Origin: Squalus acanthias
Taxonomy: Eukaryota
DNA length: 64,000 bases
Assembly (NCBI GenBank): GCA_030390025.1
Contig: CM059432.1
Coordinates: forward strand, 50,470,001 to 50,534,000
Direction: 5' to 3'
Shown: positions 13,080 through 26,791 of the stretch, one piece after another
Layout of the letters: the number at the start of each line of letters is the position of its first letter
Position numbering within the stretch: position 1 is the first letter of the stretch
The notes under the pieces: generated by a model
Told to the model about the DNA's origin: nothing
The model's input: the letters and a program-made list of their open reading frames with translations, nothing else
The model's database searches: none
Position numbers and translations under genes: made by a program

Positions 13080-13820
13080 GGCCCAAAAATTAGTGAGTGA
13101 GCCTTCGTGCGAGGGTAAGGCCTTCCCGCGATCTCTCACTGCGCGCTGGCTTTTTCAGTCCGAGCTCGCACGAACTTGATGTTCTGGACAGCAGCTGTGC
13201 AGTGCTTTCGTATCCCACAGGCGTAGTTAATTCGTGCGAGCTGTGGGATCACGTGACTCAGTTAGAGCCAATGGCAGCACACCATCTTTCATTCATAGCT
13301 TTCACAGCACGGCTGTGAAAGCTATGAATACTATACCCCCCCAAAAGAACAGCTAAACCTCAATTAAATTTTTTTTTAAAACCATCACATTAATAAAATA
13401 AGTATAGTTAAATAAATTAACCATTTTAAACAAAAAATTAAATTTTTGAAAAAATTTAAAATCTTTTAAAAAGTTATAAAAATAAACTTACCTGTCTTTA
13501 AAGTCTCTAAAAAAGATATACCTGTTAAAAAAAATTCAAAATACTTAATTAAGTACTTACCTTGTTAAAAGAGGGTCTTACACCTCCTTTCTTTATGTCT
13601 AAAATCTTCCATGCTTACCTGCGCGTCCAAAGCACTAAGTGCACTGCGTGCGCGCAGCCTGTAGCGCGCACGCGGTTCACCTAGGAACCGCCCCCTTTTG
13701 AATTCACCAAGTGCCGGTTTTCAGCGCATGCGCAGTGCATGCAGAAAACCGGCAATTGGAGACAGAATACGCGAGAGTACACAGTGCGTACTCTCGCGTA
13801 GCGGCACTAATTTTTGGGCC
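13080..13820. mobile_element. Harbinger-type MITE (741 bp)
   Basis: Perfect 16-bp TIR GGCCCAAAAATTAGTG; 3-bp TSD ATT (13077-13079 / 13821-13823); AT-rich core. Confidence 0.9.
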
Positions 13821-16309
13821 ATTATTCTTGAAAGATCAAAATAATAAAGATACTTTACTTGCACTAACTCTCAGCATACAATTATCTTTGAAATACGATC
13901 ACTCACTTCCTATGCAATGAAATGCTACACGGAGCCACTGATCTAGCCCAGTCTTCTGTTGGTTTCACTGACTGCTCACTGGAGTAAAGTTGTAAATCAT
14001 CATTCTCTGAAGATTATGAATTAAAATTTAATTTAAAAGCCCTGCCTCTATTAATATATACATTCATACAGGACATTCAATTTTTTAGCTTCTCTTTTGA
14101 GCTTGCAATTCAAAGCAAGAGAAAATCTAATTAGGCAGAATCCTTTAAACTTTAGAGAGCAGAGTATCAGCTATCAGTGAATTACAATTTATTGCTTGCA
14201 GTTCATGTTAGTATGCACTGCCAGGTGATCTCAGTCGCTGTTTGATTATGTCCTCTCATGCAGGTAAACATTGTTCAGGACTGGTCTAGAGTGACATGAT
14301 CATTTATAATGAAGCAAAATTATCTCTATCCACAATGCTCTAATCTGCTGTCATAAATACAAGCCTTACCTCACTTCCTCAAAAGAATAGTCTAGTCTCC
14401 TATGTCTGTTGAAATACTTGAGCATTCATCATTAAGAATATCACCATAACCTACCCTTCTCAATTCATTGCCATTACCACTTCTTCCCCATGTATTTTGC
14501 AGATTCCTTTGGAATTTATATTGGCGCCATTAAGCTATTTTTGACGCTCCTCTCCTGAAGACATTGATGAGTCTTACCAAGAAAATAGATCTGAATATAA
14601 AGCAGAGAAAACCAATTTATACCCACTGCTACGAAGCAGACCTTTGCCATGTATCAAAGAGAAAATTGCTTTACTGTATTATTTTATATAACTTTAGTTG
14701 GACAGAGTAATGTGGATTAAAATTGGTTTTAATTAGCTGGAGCTGAGGCAGGCATTTATTTCTCCCTGTGGCTCAGAGTGTAGCCAATAGACAAAACTCT
14801 CTTGTTTCATCCACACTTTAATGACAGTCACCTGGCCTAATTGGATTCCTTCATTTGATGTTGTTGCTTGTATTGAGGTTAATTCCTTCAGAAGATTACT
14901 TGATGTCTGGGTTAGACACTTTGGAAACAATGTATGCAAGTTTGTAGTCTGGGGAAAGCTGAAGTTCATTGTCTCTATGGCCAAGAGACGACTATTCACT
15001 CTTTATCTAGTTAGGTGTTTAGAAATGGTTGATGGCTTGATTGCCTGACCATTGAGAAGAATCCATTTGATTTCCAAATGACAGGCTTATAACTAGGCAG
15101 CAGGCCTGGGGTCTTTAATTCCCTATTTTGTACTGCTTCTTCCATATGAAATTGCTCATATAACATTACATCAGAATTTTAAAAGCTATTTTTAAAAAGA
15201 TTTTTGACTCTATATTGTTTCAACACAATTTTAAATATTATGTACATCAAGTATTGTACCCCGAGTATTCTGCTATGTTTCCCTGCTTCCATGTAATCAT
15301 CATATTTGTAAATTACTATTAGTTTTAGCCTGAACATAATAGTCTTAGAGTACAGTATTTACCACCTTTTGGAATGGACAAGAGATATCCCATGTGGCAG
15401 AAAGGATAATTATTAGTGCTGTGGTGTACTATTTATTCATACAGGACTCAATCCACTTTTGAAACTGTCTTTTTGTTGTGAACACAAGCTGAAAGTCTTG
15501 GGAGAGAGACCAAACTGTAACATTCATAGCTACTTTCTTGCTAAAGTGAGAAAACTGAAGGAAATATATGGCTGGACACATGGCCAAACATTTCACACTT
15601 TTTTTAGAATAAGGAAACACTTCCTTACGAACATTTTTAGTGGTGTTACATTGACTCTTTTGCACCTCCTATAACACAAGCTTCCGTTGCATTATAATTT
15701 GTTTAATGATGTCTCCTAGTCTTTGTCCTTGGGTATTATATACATGCACCATCACCTTAGCCAAAATGCTATACTTTGCACAGTAACAATTTGCAGATAA
15801 TTGTTGCACTTTAGCTGTTGATAAAAGGAATTTACAACTGGAGTTGTACCACTACTCAGCAAGTTCTCCTGCATGATGGCTGCTATTCCTAAAAGATACA
15901 TAAACTACTTTACAGAGAAGTCTGGGCTATACCATTAATATAAATTTTGCTTCAACAAGTGCATCACAATCTATGTTGGCAGCTAAAAGATGATTTGGAC
16001 TGTAAGCCCCTCACATGTTTTGTCTTTCAGCAGATTTCACCACTCACTGTCTAATGCCAATGTTACCCTTCAGACCCCCAGTGGAGACATCACATGCAAC
16101 AGTCAGACATCAATGTTTTCGTCTCAGGTCATTGCTGCATTGATAATGCATGGATCATAGCAATCACTGCAAAAAAAACTAACGTTTTTCACATTATCAA
16201 ATTATCCAATGTTCTTCAAGCTATTGATTGCATCTGTGCATCTTCATTTAGTTAAGCGTTTTTTTCAAAATCAAAGGCGGTCTAATTTATTGATTGCCTT
16301 GCTTCGATA

Positions 16310-17595
16310 TCCTTTGTGACTGTGACAAAGGTAAACTATCCCTCCTTGTCCTTCTTGACCTGTCTGCAGCCTTTGACACGATTGACCACTCCATCCTTTT
16401 CCAATGCCTCTCCACCGTCGTCTAGCTGGGTGGGACTGCCCTCGCCTGGTTCCATTCTTGTCTATCTAATCGTAGCCAGAGAATCACCTGCAACGGCTTC
16501 ACTTCCCACTCCCGCATCGTTACCTCTAGTGTCCCCCAAGGATCTATCCTTGGCCCCCTCCTATTTCTCATCTACATGTTGCCCCTTGGCGACATCATCT
16601 GAAAACACAGCATCAGTTTCCACATGTACGCTGACGACACCCAACTCTACCTCATGACCACTTCTCTCGACCCCTCCACTGTCTCCAAATTGTCAGACTG
16701 CTTCTCCGACATCCAGTTCTGGATGAGCAGAAATTTTCTCCAATTAAATATTGGGAAGACCAAAGCCATTGTTTTCGGTCCCAGCCACAAACTCCGTTCC
16801 CTAGGCATGACTCCATCCCTCTCTCTAACATCTGTCTGAGGCTGAACCACACTGTTCGCAACCTTGGTGTCATATTTGACCCTGAAATGAGCTTCCGACC
16901 ACATATCCGCAGCATAACTAAGACCGCCTATTTCCACGTCCGTAACATCACCCGTCTCTGCCCTTGCCTCAGCTCATCCACTGCTGAAACCCTCATCCAT
17001 GCCTTTGTTACCTCTAGACTTGACTATTCCAATGCACTCCTGGTTGGCCTCCCACATTCTACCCTATGTAAACTTGAGGTCATCCAAAACCCGGCTGCCC
17101 ATGTCCTAACTCGCACCAAGTCCCGTTCGCCCATCACCCCTGTGCTCGCTGACCTACATTGGCTCCCCATTAAGAAATGCCTCAATTTCAAAATTCTCAT
17201 CCTTGTTTTCAAATCCCTCCCTGGCCTCGCCCCTCCCTATCTCTGTAATCTCCTCCAGCCCCACAACCCCCCGAGATATCTGCACTCCTCTAATTCTGCC
17301 CTCAAGCATCCCTGATTATAATCACTCAACCATTGGTGGCCGTGCCTTCTATTGCTAAGGCCCTAAGCTCTGGAATTCCCTGCCTAAACCTCTCCGCCTC
17401 GCTACCTCTCTTTCCTCCTTTAAGACGCTCCTTTAAACCTACCTCTTTGACCAAGCTTTTGGTCACCTGCCCTAATTTCTCCTTATGTGGCTCAGTGTCA
17501 AATTTTTTTGTCTTTTAATACTCCTGTGAAGTGCCTTGGGACATTTTACTACGTTAAAGGTGCTATATAAATACAATTTGTTGTTGTTGTTGTTG
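16310..17595 (+). mobile_element. L2 LINE, 5'-truncated
   Basis: LDLSAAFD, YADDTQLY, HAFVTSRLDYSNALL, LHWLP; tail GCTATATAAATACAAT(TTG)n. Confidence 0.93.
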
Positions 17596-18467
17596 ATATG
17601 ATGTCCATTATATCTTTGCAGACATGTTTAACCATATTCCCAACCATTTCTATGACTTTAGCCTCTGCACAATTTGTTAAGAGTATAGATTTGGCTACTA
17701 GCTGGGTGCTTATTTTTGTATCAGCCTAACTTACTGCCCTGTGTAATATTTTTTTTATATTAAAGTTCTTTATGATTCCTTCCTTCTAGCTAACAGAGGT
17801 TATAGTCCAAAGCCCCCAGCTCATAACTCTGATGTTAAAGATCCAACCATTTGCCCAGTGAAGCATAACACTTAGCTACAGAGCACTTGGTTCAGTATTT
17901 CTTTCTTTTATTTAATTGGGTTTTTTTCAAGCAAGTCCACAACGTCGATCATATCTTTGTATCCTAATGGGTTCTACATAACATTACTACCACCTTTGGA
18001 ATTATGGTGGATATTCCTGAGGGTGGAAGTGGCAGAAGGATTCTGGGAAGGAGGACAGAGCGGACGAACAACACTGAAAACTTTGATTGCTCAGGACATT
18101 TATGCAAAACTCATTATGAATCACTTCTCATCGGAAGATGAGTTTCTTTTCAGCAAATTCACTTACCATTGCAAATATAGAGATGTGTTTTCAGAACAGA
18201 TGGCTAAAGCACACTTTTCATCATATTTGTCTTGGGGGAATATCTCCCTTCCGCATTCTTAAGTCGATGAAACAATGAAATATGATGTTTATTTTTCCTG
18301 CTGTGTGAAGGTGGACATGGTGAGTAAGCACAGTAAAGTTATACCAAGTCAGAAAATACTTTGTAGTGGTACTGGGATTGATTAAACCACAGGGCCAATT
18401 TTTGTCTACTTCCTAACCTGTTTCTCGGCATGAATGGGGTGGTAGTGGGATAAAAATCAGAAAAAAA

Positions 18468-20624
18468 TTGACAAGAATTGCTGTAAGAGGCTGCCTTTTA
18501 AGGATATTTAAGGAGATATTTCATAACTCTCAACAAAAATATATTCCAGTGAGAAAGAAAGATTTTAAGAGAAGGGAGCACCATCCGTGGCTAACTAAGG
18601 AAGTAAAGGATAGTATCAAATTGAAAACGAAGGCATACAATGTTGCCAAGATTGGTGGGAGACCAGAGGATTGGGAAATTTTTAAAAACCAGCAAAGGAT
18701 GACTAAAAAAATAATAAAGAGAGAGAAGATGAATTATGAGAGTAAGCTGGCAAGAAACATTAAAACAGATAGTAAGAGCTTCTACAGGGACATAAAAAGG
18801 AAGAGGGTAGCTAAAGTAAACGTTGGTCCCTTAGAGGATGAGACTGGGGAATTAATAATGGGGAATGGGGAAATGGCAGAGACTCTGAACAAATATTTTG
18901 CATCTGTCTTCACTGTAGAAGACACTAACAACATCCCAATAATGGATAATCAAGGGGCCACAGGGAGTGGGGAACTAAAGACAATCACTATCACTAAGGA
19001 AATAGTACTCGGTAAAATAATGGGACTAAAAGACGACAAGTCCCCTGGACCAGATGGCCTGCATCCCAGGGTCTTAAAAGAAGTGGCTGCAGAGATAGTG
19101 GATGCATTGGTTGCAATATACCAAAATTCCCTGGACTCTGGAGAGGAACCAGCGGATTGGAAAACCGCTAATGTAACACCCTTATTTAAGAAAGGAGGGA
19201 GACAGAAAGCAGGAAACTATAGACCAGTTAGCCTAACATCTGTCGTTGGGAAAATGCTGGAGTCCTTCATTAAGGAAGCAGTAGCAGGGCATTTAGAAAA
19301 ACATACTGCAGTCAAACAGAGTCAGCATGGTTTTAGGAAAGGGAAATCATGTTTAACAAATTTGCTGGAGTTCTTTGAGGATGTAACAAGCAGGGTGGAC
19401 AAGGGTGAGCCAGTGGATGTGGTGTATTTGGATTTCCAGAAGGCATTCGATAAGGTGCCACATAAAAGGTTACTGCATAACATAAGAGCTCACGGAGTTG
19501 GGGGTAATATATTAGCATGGATAGAAAATTGGCTAACTAACAGAAAGCAGAGAGTCGGGATAAATGGGTCATTTTCTGGTTGGCAAATGGTAACTAGTGG
19601 GGTGCCACAAGGATCGGTGCTGGGGCCCCAACTATTTACAATCTACATTAATGACTTGGATGAAGGGATCAAGTGTAATGTAGCCAAGTTTGCAGATGAT
19701 ACAAAGATGGGTGGGAAAGCAAGTTGTGCAGAGGACTCAAAGAATTTGCAAAGGGATATAGACAGGCTAGGTGAGTGGGCAAACATTTGGCAGATGGAGT
19801 ATAATGTGGGAAAGTGCGAGGTTATCCACTTTGGCACGAAAAATAAAAAAGCAAACTATTATTTAAATGAAGAGAGATTACAAAATGCTACAGTTCAGAG
19901 GGACCTGTGGGTCCTTGTGCATGAAACACAAAAAGTTAGCATGCAGGTACAGCAAGTAATCAAAAGGGCAAATGGAATGTTGGCCTTTATTTCAAGGGGG
20001 TTGGAGTATAAAAGCAGGGAAGTCCTGCTACAACTGTACAAGGTATTGGTGAGACCACACTTTGAGTACTGCTTACAGTTTTGGTCTCCTTATTTAAGGA
20101 AGGATATACTTGCATTGGAGGCAGTTCAGAGACGATTCACTAGGTTAATTGCAGAGATGAGGGGTTTGACTTATGAGGAAAGGTTGAGCAGGCTGGGCCT
20201 ATACTCATTGGAATTTAGAAGAATGAGAGGTGATCTTATCGAAACATATAAGATACTAAGGGGGCTCGACAGAGTAGATGCAGAGAGGATGTTTCCCCTC
20301 ATGGGGAAATCTAGAACTCGGGGGCACAGTCTCAGAATAAAGGGTCGCCCTTTTAGAACTGAGATGAGGAGGAACTTCTTCTCTCAGAGGGTCGTAAATT
20401 TGTGGAATTCTCTGCCCCAGAGAGCTGTGGAGGCTGGGTCATTAAATACATTTAAGGTGGAGATAGACAAATTTTTGCAAGATAAGGGAGTGAAGGGTTA
20501 TGGGGAGCGGGCTGGGAAGTGGCTTTGAGCCCTAGATTAGCCATGATCTTATTGAATGGCGGAGCAGGCTCGAGGGGCGAAGTGGCCTATTCCTGCTCCT
20601 ATTTCTTATGTTCTTCTGTTCTTA
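18468..20624 (+). mobile_element. CR1 LINE, 5'-truncated, with uninterrupted 686-codon ORF2 segment (18468-20528) containing the RT domain
   Basis: [47 protein letters not shown]; (TTCTTATG)n tail; no endonuclease domain. Confidence 0.95.
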
Positions 20625-22620
20625 TATTTTGTGATTTTGAGCGGGCCTCGATTTAGGCAGCCAATGTCCCATTGGAAACAGGCGGGAACCGAATGAATAA
20701 TTTTCATTAGGGTCCTATGATGTGATTAAGACCCTGACACCACTTTTGTGTTACTCAGCACTGCCACCACTGCTTTCTAAACCTACCCACAGATTATGGG
20801 CAATACAGGGCAGGAAACAGCCAGTTCCAGCACTAAAGTGGCACTCACCTGCTCTAATTTAAATCGCTGTAAAAATTTAGCAGACATCTTGCTTGTGATT
20901 TTTGGGTGCATCATCACTTTTGTTTGCTTGTGGCTGGACAAACTTCAGGAAGTTTAAGCGGGTGCTAGCAACACTCTTTTTCTGAAAATGGGAAATCTTT
21001 GGCTATTCCATTCTGAGTAGAGGAAGAATAGCAGCAGCAACAGGGGGAACGGCCACATGGAACTGCAGGGAAATCACAGAGGTGGAGGAGAGCTGGCAGA
21101 AATCCATACCCTCCCAATGGGGTGTATAGGCCCAGAGTTACATACTGATCTTCTCATATGAACAGTGTGTATGGAGGCATGGGTACTGCAAGGATCAGTG
21201 CTTGGGCCTCAGCTATTCACAATCTATATCAATGATTTGGATGAGGGGACCAAATGTAATATATCCAAGTTTGCTGATGATACAAAGCTGGGTGGGAATG
21301 TAAGTTGTGAGGAGGATGCAAAGAGGCTTCAAGGGGATATAGACAAGCTAAGTGAGTAGGCAAGAACATGGCAAATGGAATATAATGTGGAGAAATGTGA
21401 AGTTATCCACTTTGGTAGGAAAAATAGAAATGCAGAGTATTTTTTAAATGGTGAGAGATTGGAAAATGTTGGTGTTCAGAGGGACCTGGGTGTCCTTGTA
21501 CACAAATCACTGAAAGTTAACATACAGGTACAGCAAGCAATTAGGAAAGCAAATGGTATGTTGGCCATTATTACAAGAGGATTTTGAGTATAAGAGTAAA
21601 GACGTCTTACTGCAATTATATAGGGCCCTGGTGAGACCACACCTGGAGTATTGTGTACAGTTTTGGTCTCCTTACCTAAGGAAGGATATACTTGCCATAG
21701 AGGGAGTGCAACGAAGGTTCACCAGACTGGTTCCTGGGATAGGGGGATTGTCCTCTGAGGAGAGATTGAGTAGACTAGGCCTATATTCTCTAGAGTTTAG
21801 AAGAATGAGAGGTGATCTCTTTGAAACATACAAAATTCTTTCAGGGCTTGACAGGGTAGATGCAGGGCGGATGTTTCCCCTGGCTGGGGAGTCTAGAACC
21901 AGGGGTTACAGTCTCAGAATAAGGGGTCGGCCATTTAGGACTGAGATGAGGAGAAATTTCTTCACTCAGAGAGTGGTTAATCTTTGGAATTCTCTACCCC
22001 AGAGGGCTGTGGAGGCTCAGTTATTGAGTATATTCAAGACAGAGATCAATAGATTTTGGATATTTAGGGAATCAAGGGATATGGGGATAGTGCAGGAAAG
22101 TGGAGTTGAGGTAGAAGATCAGCCATGATCTTACTGAATGGCAGAGCAGTCTCAAGGGGCTGAATGGCCTACTCCTGCTCCTATTTCTTATGTTCAGTCA
22201 CACACCTGTGTCATTTCCTTTAACAACGTCTGCAGCCACTGCCACAGCTAGCACTGCACTGCCTCTTGCAGTCAAGGTTACAACGGTCCTTAACTTCTTT
22301 GGCTCCGACTCTTTCCAGGCTGAAACAGGGGATATCAGCAACATCAGTCAGTCTGCCAATCATGCTTGCATTAAGCAGGTGACTGGTGCCATGCTTATGA
22401 AAACAAACAATTTCAACATGATTCTAATGGACAACCAGAAACAGCAGGATAGGGCTCTGGTATTCACGCAGATTGCAGGCTTCTCCAGCGTCCAAAGTGT
22501 CATTGACTCCACACATCTCGCTATGCAGGATTCTACAGGCGATCCTGCTGCCTCCATGAATTACAAGGGCTTTCATTCCATTAATGCGCAACTGGTGTGT
22601 AATCATCAGCAAGGTGCACA
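20625..22620 (+). pseudogene. Old Harbinger transposase fossil split by a CR1 (21177-22195)
   Basis: RRRAGRNPYPP..VYRPR..EQC before the CR1; LPLAVKVTTVLNFF..DSFQ, IAGFSSVQSVIDSTH, KGFHSINAQLVC after it. Confidence 0.75.
21177..22195 (+). mobile_element. CR1 LINE 3' fragment
   Basis: [37 protein letters not shown]; tail. Confidence 0.93.
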
Positions 22621-22629
22621 CCATAAACT

Positions 22630-23402
22630 CTTGTCATTGGTGTCATTCCCTCTCCTTGGCCACTAGCTCAGGCTGAACAAAACCAGGTACAACCTCAGTG
22701 TCGTATTGAACCCTGAGGTGAGCTTCATATTACCACATCCTCCCTATCGCCAATTCCACTTGCTTCCACCACTGCAACATTGCCTGCCTCTGCCCCTACC
22801 TCAAACATCCCCTCCCCCAAACATTCCCTCCCCAGCACTGCTAAAACCTTTACCCATGCTTTTGTCACCTCCAGACTCAATTACTCCTATGCTCCATCAT
22901 CCACCCTCCATAAACTACAACTTGTCCAAAATGCATCTGCCTGCATCTTGTCCTACATGAAGTCCTGCTTGCCAATCACTCCCTTCCTCCTAACCGACAC
23001 TGGTTCCCTTTATCCCAGCACATCCAATTTAAAATCTGTGTCCTTGTCTTCAAATCCCTCCACAGCCATGCACTTCTCTACTTCTGTGGCCTCCTCCAGC
23101 CATGTATCTTCTGACTCCTGTGGTCCTCCAGCTCTGACCTCCTGTGCATCAAACTCTTCTCTCAACACACCATTTGTGACAAAGCTTTCAGTCATGTCAA
23201 CCCTACTCACTGGAATGTCCTCCATAAACCCCTCTGCCTCTCTATTCTCTGTGCTCCTTTAAAACCTTTCTCAAAACCCTTCTGTCATCTCTCTAAGCTC
23301 TCTCCCATGGCTTGGTGTCCTTTCCACTTATTATTTTTCAGTAAAGTGCCTTCAGACATCTTGTTCATTAAAGATGTTATATAAATGCAAATTGTTGTTG
23401 TA
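22630..23402 (+). mobile_element. Old L2 LINE 3' fragment
   Basis: HAFVTSRLNYS, LQLVQNASA; tail TATATAAATGCAAATTGTTGTTG. Confidence 0.8.
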
Positions 23403-23543
23403 GTAGACGACCTTTAGTCAGAATCCATGTTCTGATCACAAAATACTTATGGATGAGGAAGGTCATTCGGACCATCTTAATATATCCATCCAGAACAAAC
23501 CCACACTCCACCCATTGCTGCACCTAATTGTATGATTCCAAAA

Positions 23544-24439
23544 GGGGTAAAAATTCAGTTGGTTGCGCCTCCCGTTAGCGCCTTAAGAGGGCGCTGATGG
23601 GGCGCAAAGCCGCTAACGCCCGGGCGCAGCGATGTTTGCGCCGCTCGAGAACTTAACTTGAGATTGTGCGGCGGCGCTAAAACTTAACCGCTGCGACCAC
23701 CTGCGCGCGCAGATTGTGACGTCATTCCATGGTGCAACGCCCTTGTGGCACCCCGGAGCAGAAATTGAGTGGCGCCCCCTGCCTTACCGCCTGGCGCATC
23801 CAACGACCAGAAGACTGGAACGCTATCAATCGCTGTGGGGCTGGGGGGGGCGCTATTTAAAGGGGGCCTCTTCCTGTCTTTTATTGTTGGTGGCATTTTT
23901 GAACTACGCATTCTGAGAGAGAGAGAGGGAGAGATTTCTGGAGAGATTCAACGTTGTGGGAAGGAGTTTTGGGTACTGAGCAGCACTTTGCAGGTTCATT
24001 TTGATTTGCCATTCCTTGTATCGATTTAGCAGAGACTGTGGGAGCTGCACTCTGAGCTCTTTGCCTGGTACTCTCCATTGTTCTTTCCAGCACATTTGAT
24101 GTGCAAGTCTCTCTAGGCCAAGATTCAAGGCTGCAATGAACAGGATGTGGATGGAAAGCAAGATTAACCATCCCCTTTAAGAACTGGCCCGTGCCATTGT
24201 GTGTGTGTTCCATTGCTGACTGACATTACATGAGCTTCGCCAGCGCTCTGAGTTAGCGCCTCACTCCTTGGCCTTTGCGCCTTAAGACAGGTGTGCAGCG
24301 CCTGCTTTAGCGCTCCACTCACCTCCCGGGGCGGTAAAAGTGAAGTTTCCAGTCAGTGCCGATAATTAGCGCCAGGTGCTAATATTTGCGTCCAGACGAT
24401 ATTTGCGCCCCAAATGGGGCGCGACCTAATTTCTACCCC
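23544..24439 (+). mobile_element. Non-autonomous Harbinger internal-deletion derivative (~900 bp)
   Basis: TIRs GGGGTAAAAATT / AATTTCTACCCC; internal blocks similar to 160-300 and 5500-5690 of the two-gene element; TSD imperfect (AAA / CAA). Confidence 0.8.
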
Positions 24440-25085
24440 CAAGGGTTTTGCCTCTCCACCACTCTACTTGGAGGTCCATGCCAAATGTTGAGCATTCTCT
24501 CCACGAAGAACCAAAGTTGCTTTTTACTGCTTTGTACCTGTATCCCCTTGTCCTACTCTCACTGTTTAATTTAAAGTAGTAGTCCAGATTAACCCTTTCC
24601 AGACCATTTACTATTTTATATACTGCTATAAAGTCATCTTTCAGATGCCTCCTTTCCAGCCTGAAAAGTCCAAGTTTCTCCAGTCTTTCCTCAGTAACTC
24701 AAACACCTGATTCTGGAGATTACCATTGTGGCTCTTTTCTGCATAGCCTGCAACGTTTGATTGTCTCTCTCATTTCTTAGTGACTAGAACTGGACATAGT
24801 CTTCAAAGTGCAGTCTGACCAGGGCACCGTGTAGTTTGATTACGACTTCCTCAGACTTGTATTCTGCTGTTTTGGCTATGTAATTAGAAATTCTATTGAC
24901 TTTGTTGATTGCTGCTCAGCACTGAATAGACATGTTGAGTATTGAGTAAACTAAGACTCTAGGTCTCTTTCAACTTCATCCTTAATTACTTCAACACCAT
25001 TCTTGAAGTATGTATATTGCTCGTTTTTCCTTCTCACATGCTTTATTTAACACTTGGCTGCATTAAATTACATCTGCCATTATTC
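24440..25085 (-). mobile_element. Old CR1 LINE fragment
   Basis: Degenerate CR1 ORF2 3' portion on -. Confidence 0.6.
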
Positions 25086-25094
25086 ATCCCACTC

Positions 25095-25645
25095 GTCGAT
25101 GTCAACGAGGAGCAGCATGTAGATGAGAAATAGGAGGGGGCTAAGGATAGATCGTTGGGGAACTCCAGAGGTAACAGTGTGGGTGCTGGAAGAAAAGCCA
25201 TTGCAGGTGATTCTCTGGCTACGACTGGATAGATAAGAATGGAAACTGGCGAGGCAGTCCCACCCAGCTGGATGACAGAGGAGAGGCATTGGAGGAGGAT
25301 GGTGTGGTCAATAGTGTCAAAGGCTGCAGACAGGTCACGAAGGATGAGGAGGGATATATTAATATGGTCCGAATGACCTTCCTCATCCATAAGACTTTGA
25401 TAATGGCCGTTTCAAAACTGTGGGGGGCGGAAACCTGATTGGAGGGATTCAAACATGGGGATGTGGGAAAGATGAGCTCGGATTTGGGAGTCAACAACAC
25501 ATTCAAGGACTTTGGAGAGGAAATGGGAGTTGGAGATGGGCGGAAGTTTGCAAGGACGGAGGGGTCAAGCATGGGTTGACTGAGTTGAGCGAAGTCGCAG
25601 AGGCAGCTGTATGGATGGTTTCAATCTTAGTGACAAAGAAGTAAA
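25095..25645 (-). mobile_element. L2 LINE RT fragment
   Basis: LRDLSAAFDTIDH, GVPQRSILSPLLF on -. Confidence 0.85.
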
Positions 25646-26072
25646 ATCATTCTATCATTCAGGGGAACGCAGTTTGAGGCAAATTTCAGAGGGAGACTGG
25701 AAGAATGTGGGAAAATAGCCACAGACTGCTCCAACTAGTATCAGTTGTCCTTTTTAGTTAATTTATTCCCTTAATAATTACCATATTTCAAATTTGGTAT
25801 TTTGAATGAACACAAAATACTGAGACAATGCTGTGTTTCAAAACTTCCAGAAACAAAAGATCTTCTCAATAATACTTTTCACCATGGATTCATTTCCCAT
25901 AAAATTGTACTTTGTTGAAACTTTTGATTCTATAAAAAGATAATGGTAAATCATTTTTAACTTATGGAGAATACGAGCTTTGGAAGAACTTTAACTCCTG
26001 TGGGTTACCATTTTGATGGTTTTCTTTTGTGTGTTTCTTTTACATACAGGATTGGAATTGACTGAACAGTCT

Positions 26073-26238
26073 GGGGGGGATTTTTAACTTTTATTGCCGG
26101 GCGAGAAACGGGCGACAGTGAATCAGCCGCCTGTTTTATACAGTGCCCGATTTTCTATTCCATTAAAGTCAATGGAAATGAAAATGGGGTGGGGTGTTAA
26201 ACAGGTGTCCGATTCTTTTAAACGTTAAAATTAACCCC
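26073..26238. mobile_element. Palindromic MITE (Harbinger-type ends)
   Basis: Ends GGGGATTTTTAAC / GTTAAAATTAACCCC; central imperfect palindrome TTCCATTAAAGTCAATGGAA. Confidence 0.6.
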
Positions 26239-26320
26239 AACATCCTTTTTCCGCGTCTTGAACACACTAAAAGTATCTTCTGACAGCTATTAATAGTGAA
26301 TGTTGGTGATGAATGGCTAA

Positions 26321-26791
26321 AAAGAAAGAAAGACTTGCATTTATATAGTGCCTTTCACGACCACTGGACGTCTCAAAGCACTTTACAGCCAATTAAGTAC
26401 TTTTGGAGTGTAGTCACTGTTGTAATGTGGGAAACACAGCAGCCAATTTGCACTCAGCAAGCTCCCACAAACAGCAATGTGATAATGACCAGATAATCTG
26501 TTTTTGTTATGTTGATTGAGGGATAAATATTGGCCAGGACACCGAGGATAACTCCCCTGCTCTTCTTCAAAATAGTGCCATGGGATCTTTTACGTCCACC
26601 TGAGAGAGCAGACGGGGCCTCGGTTTAATGTCTCATCTGAAAGACAGCACCTCCGACAGTGCAACACTCCCTCAGCACTGCACTGGAGTGTCAGCCTAGA
26701 TTTATGTGCTTGAGTTCCATGGAGTGGGATTTGAACCCACAACCTTCTAACATCAGAGGCGAGTGTGCTACCCACTGAGCCACAACTGACA
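26321..26791 (-). mobile_element. Full-length tRNA-derived Deu-domain SINE (SacSINE1-like)
   Basis: On -: A box TGGCTCAGTGGG, B box GGTTCAAATCC, Deu-like core, L2-like tail plus (CTTT)n. Confidence 0.88.

Noticed and set aside
17930..18325. 101-aa ORF and a consensus donor ATG|GTGAGT at 18319/18320
   Set aside because: No recognisable protein, the ORF stops before the donor, and no partner exon is supported.
26700..26791. tRNA-like A/B boxes
   Set aside because: SINE head, not a tRNA gene; same for 43605, 54130-54210 and 60228.
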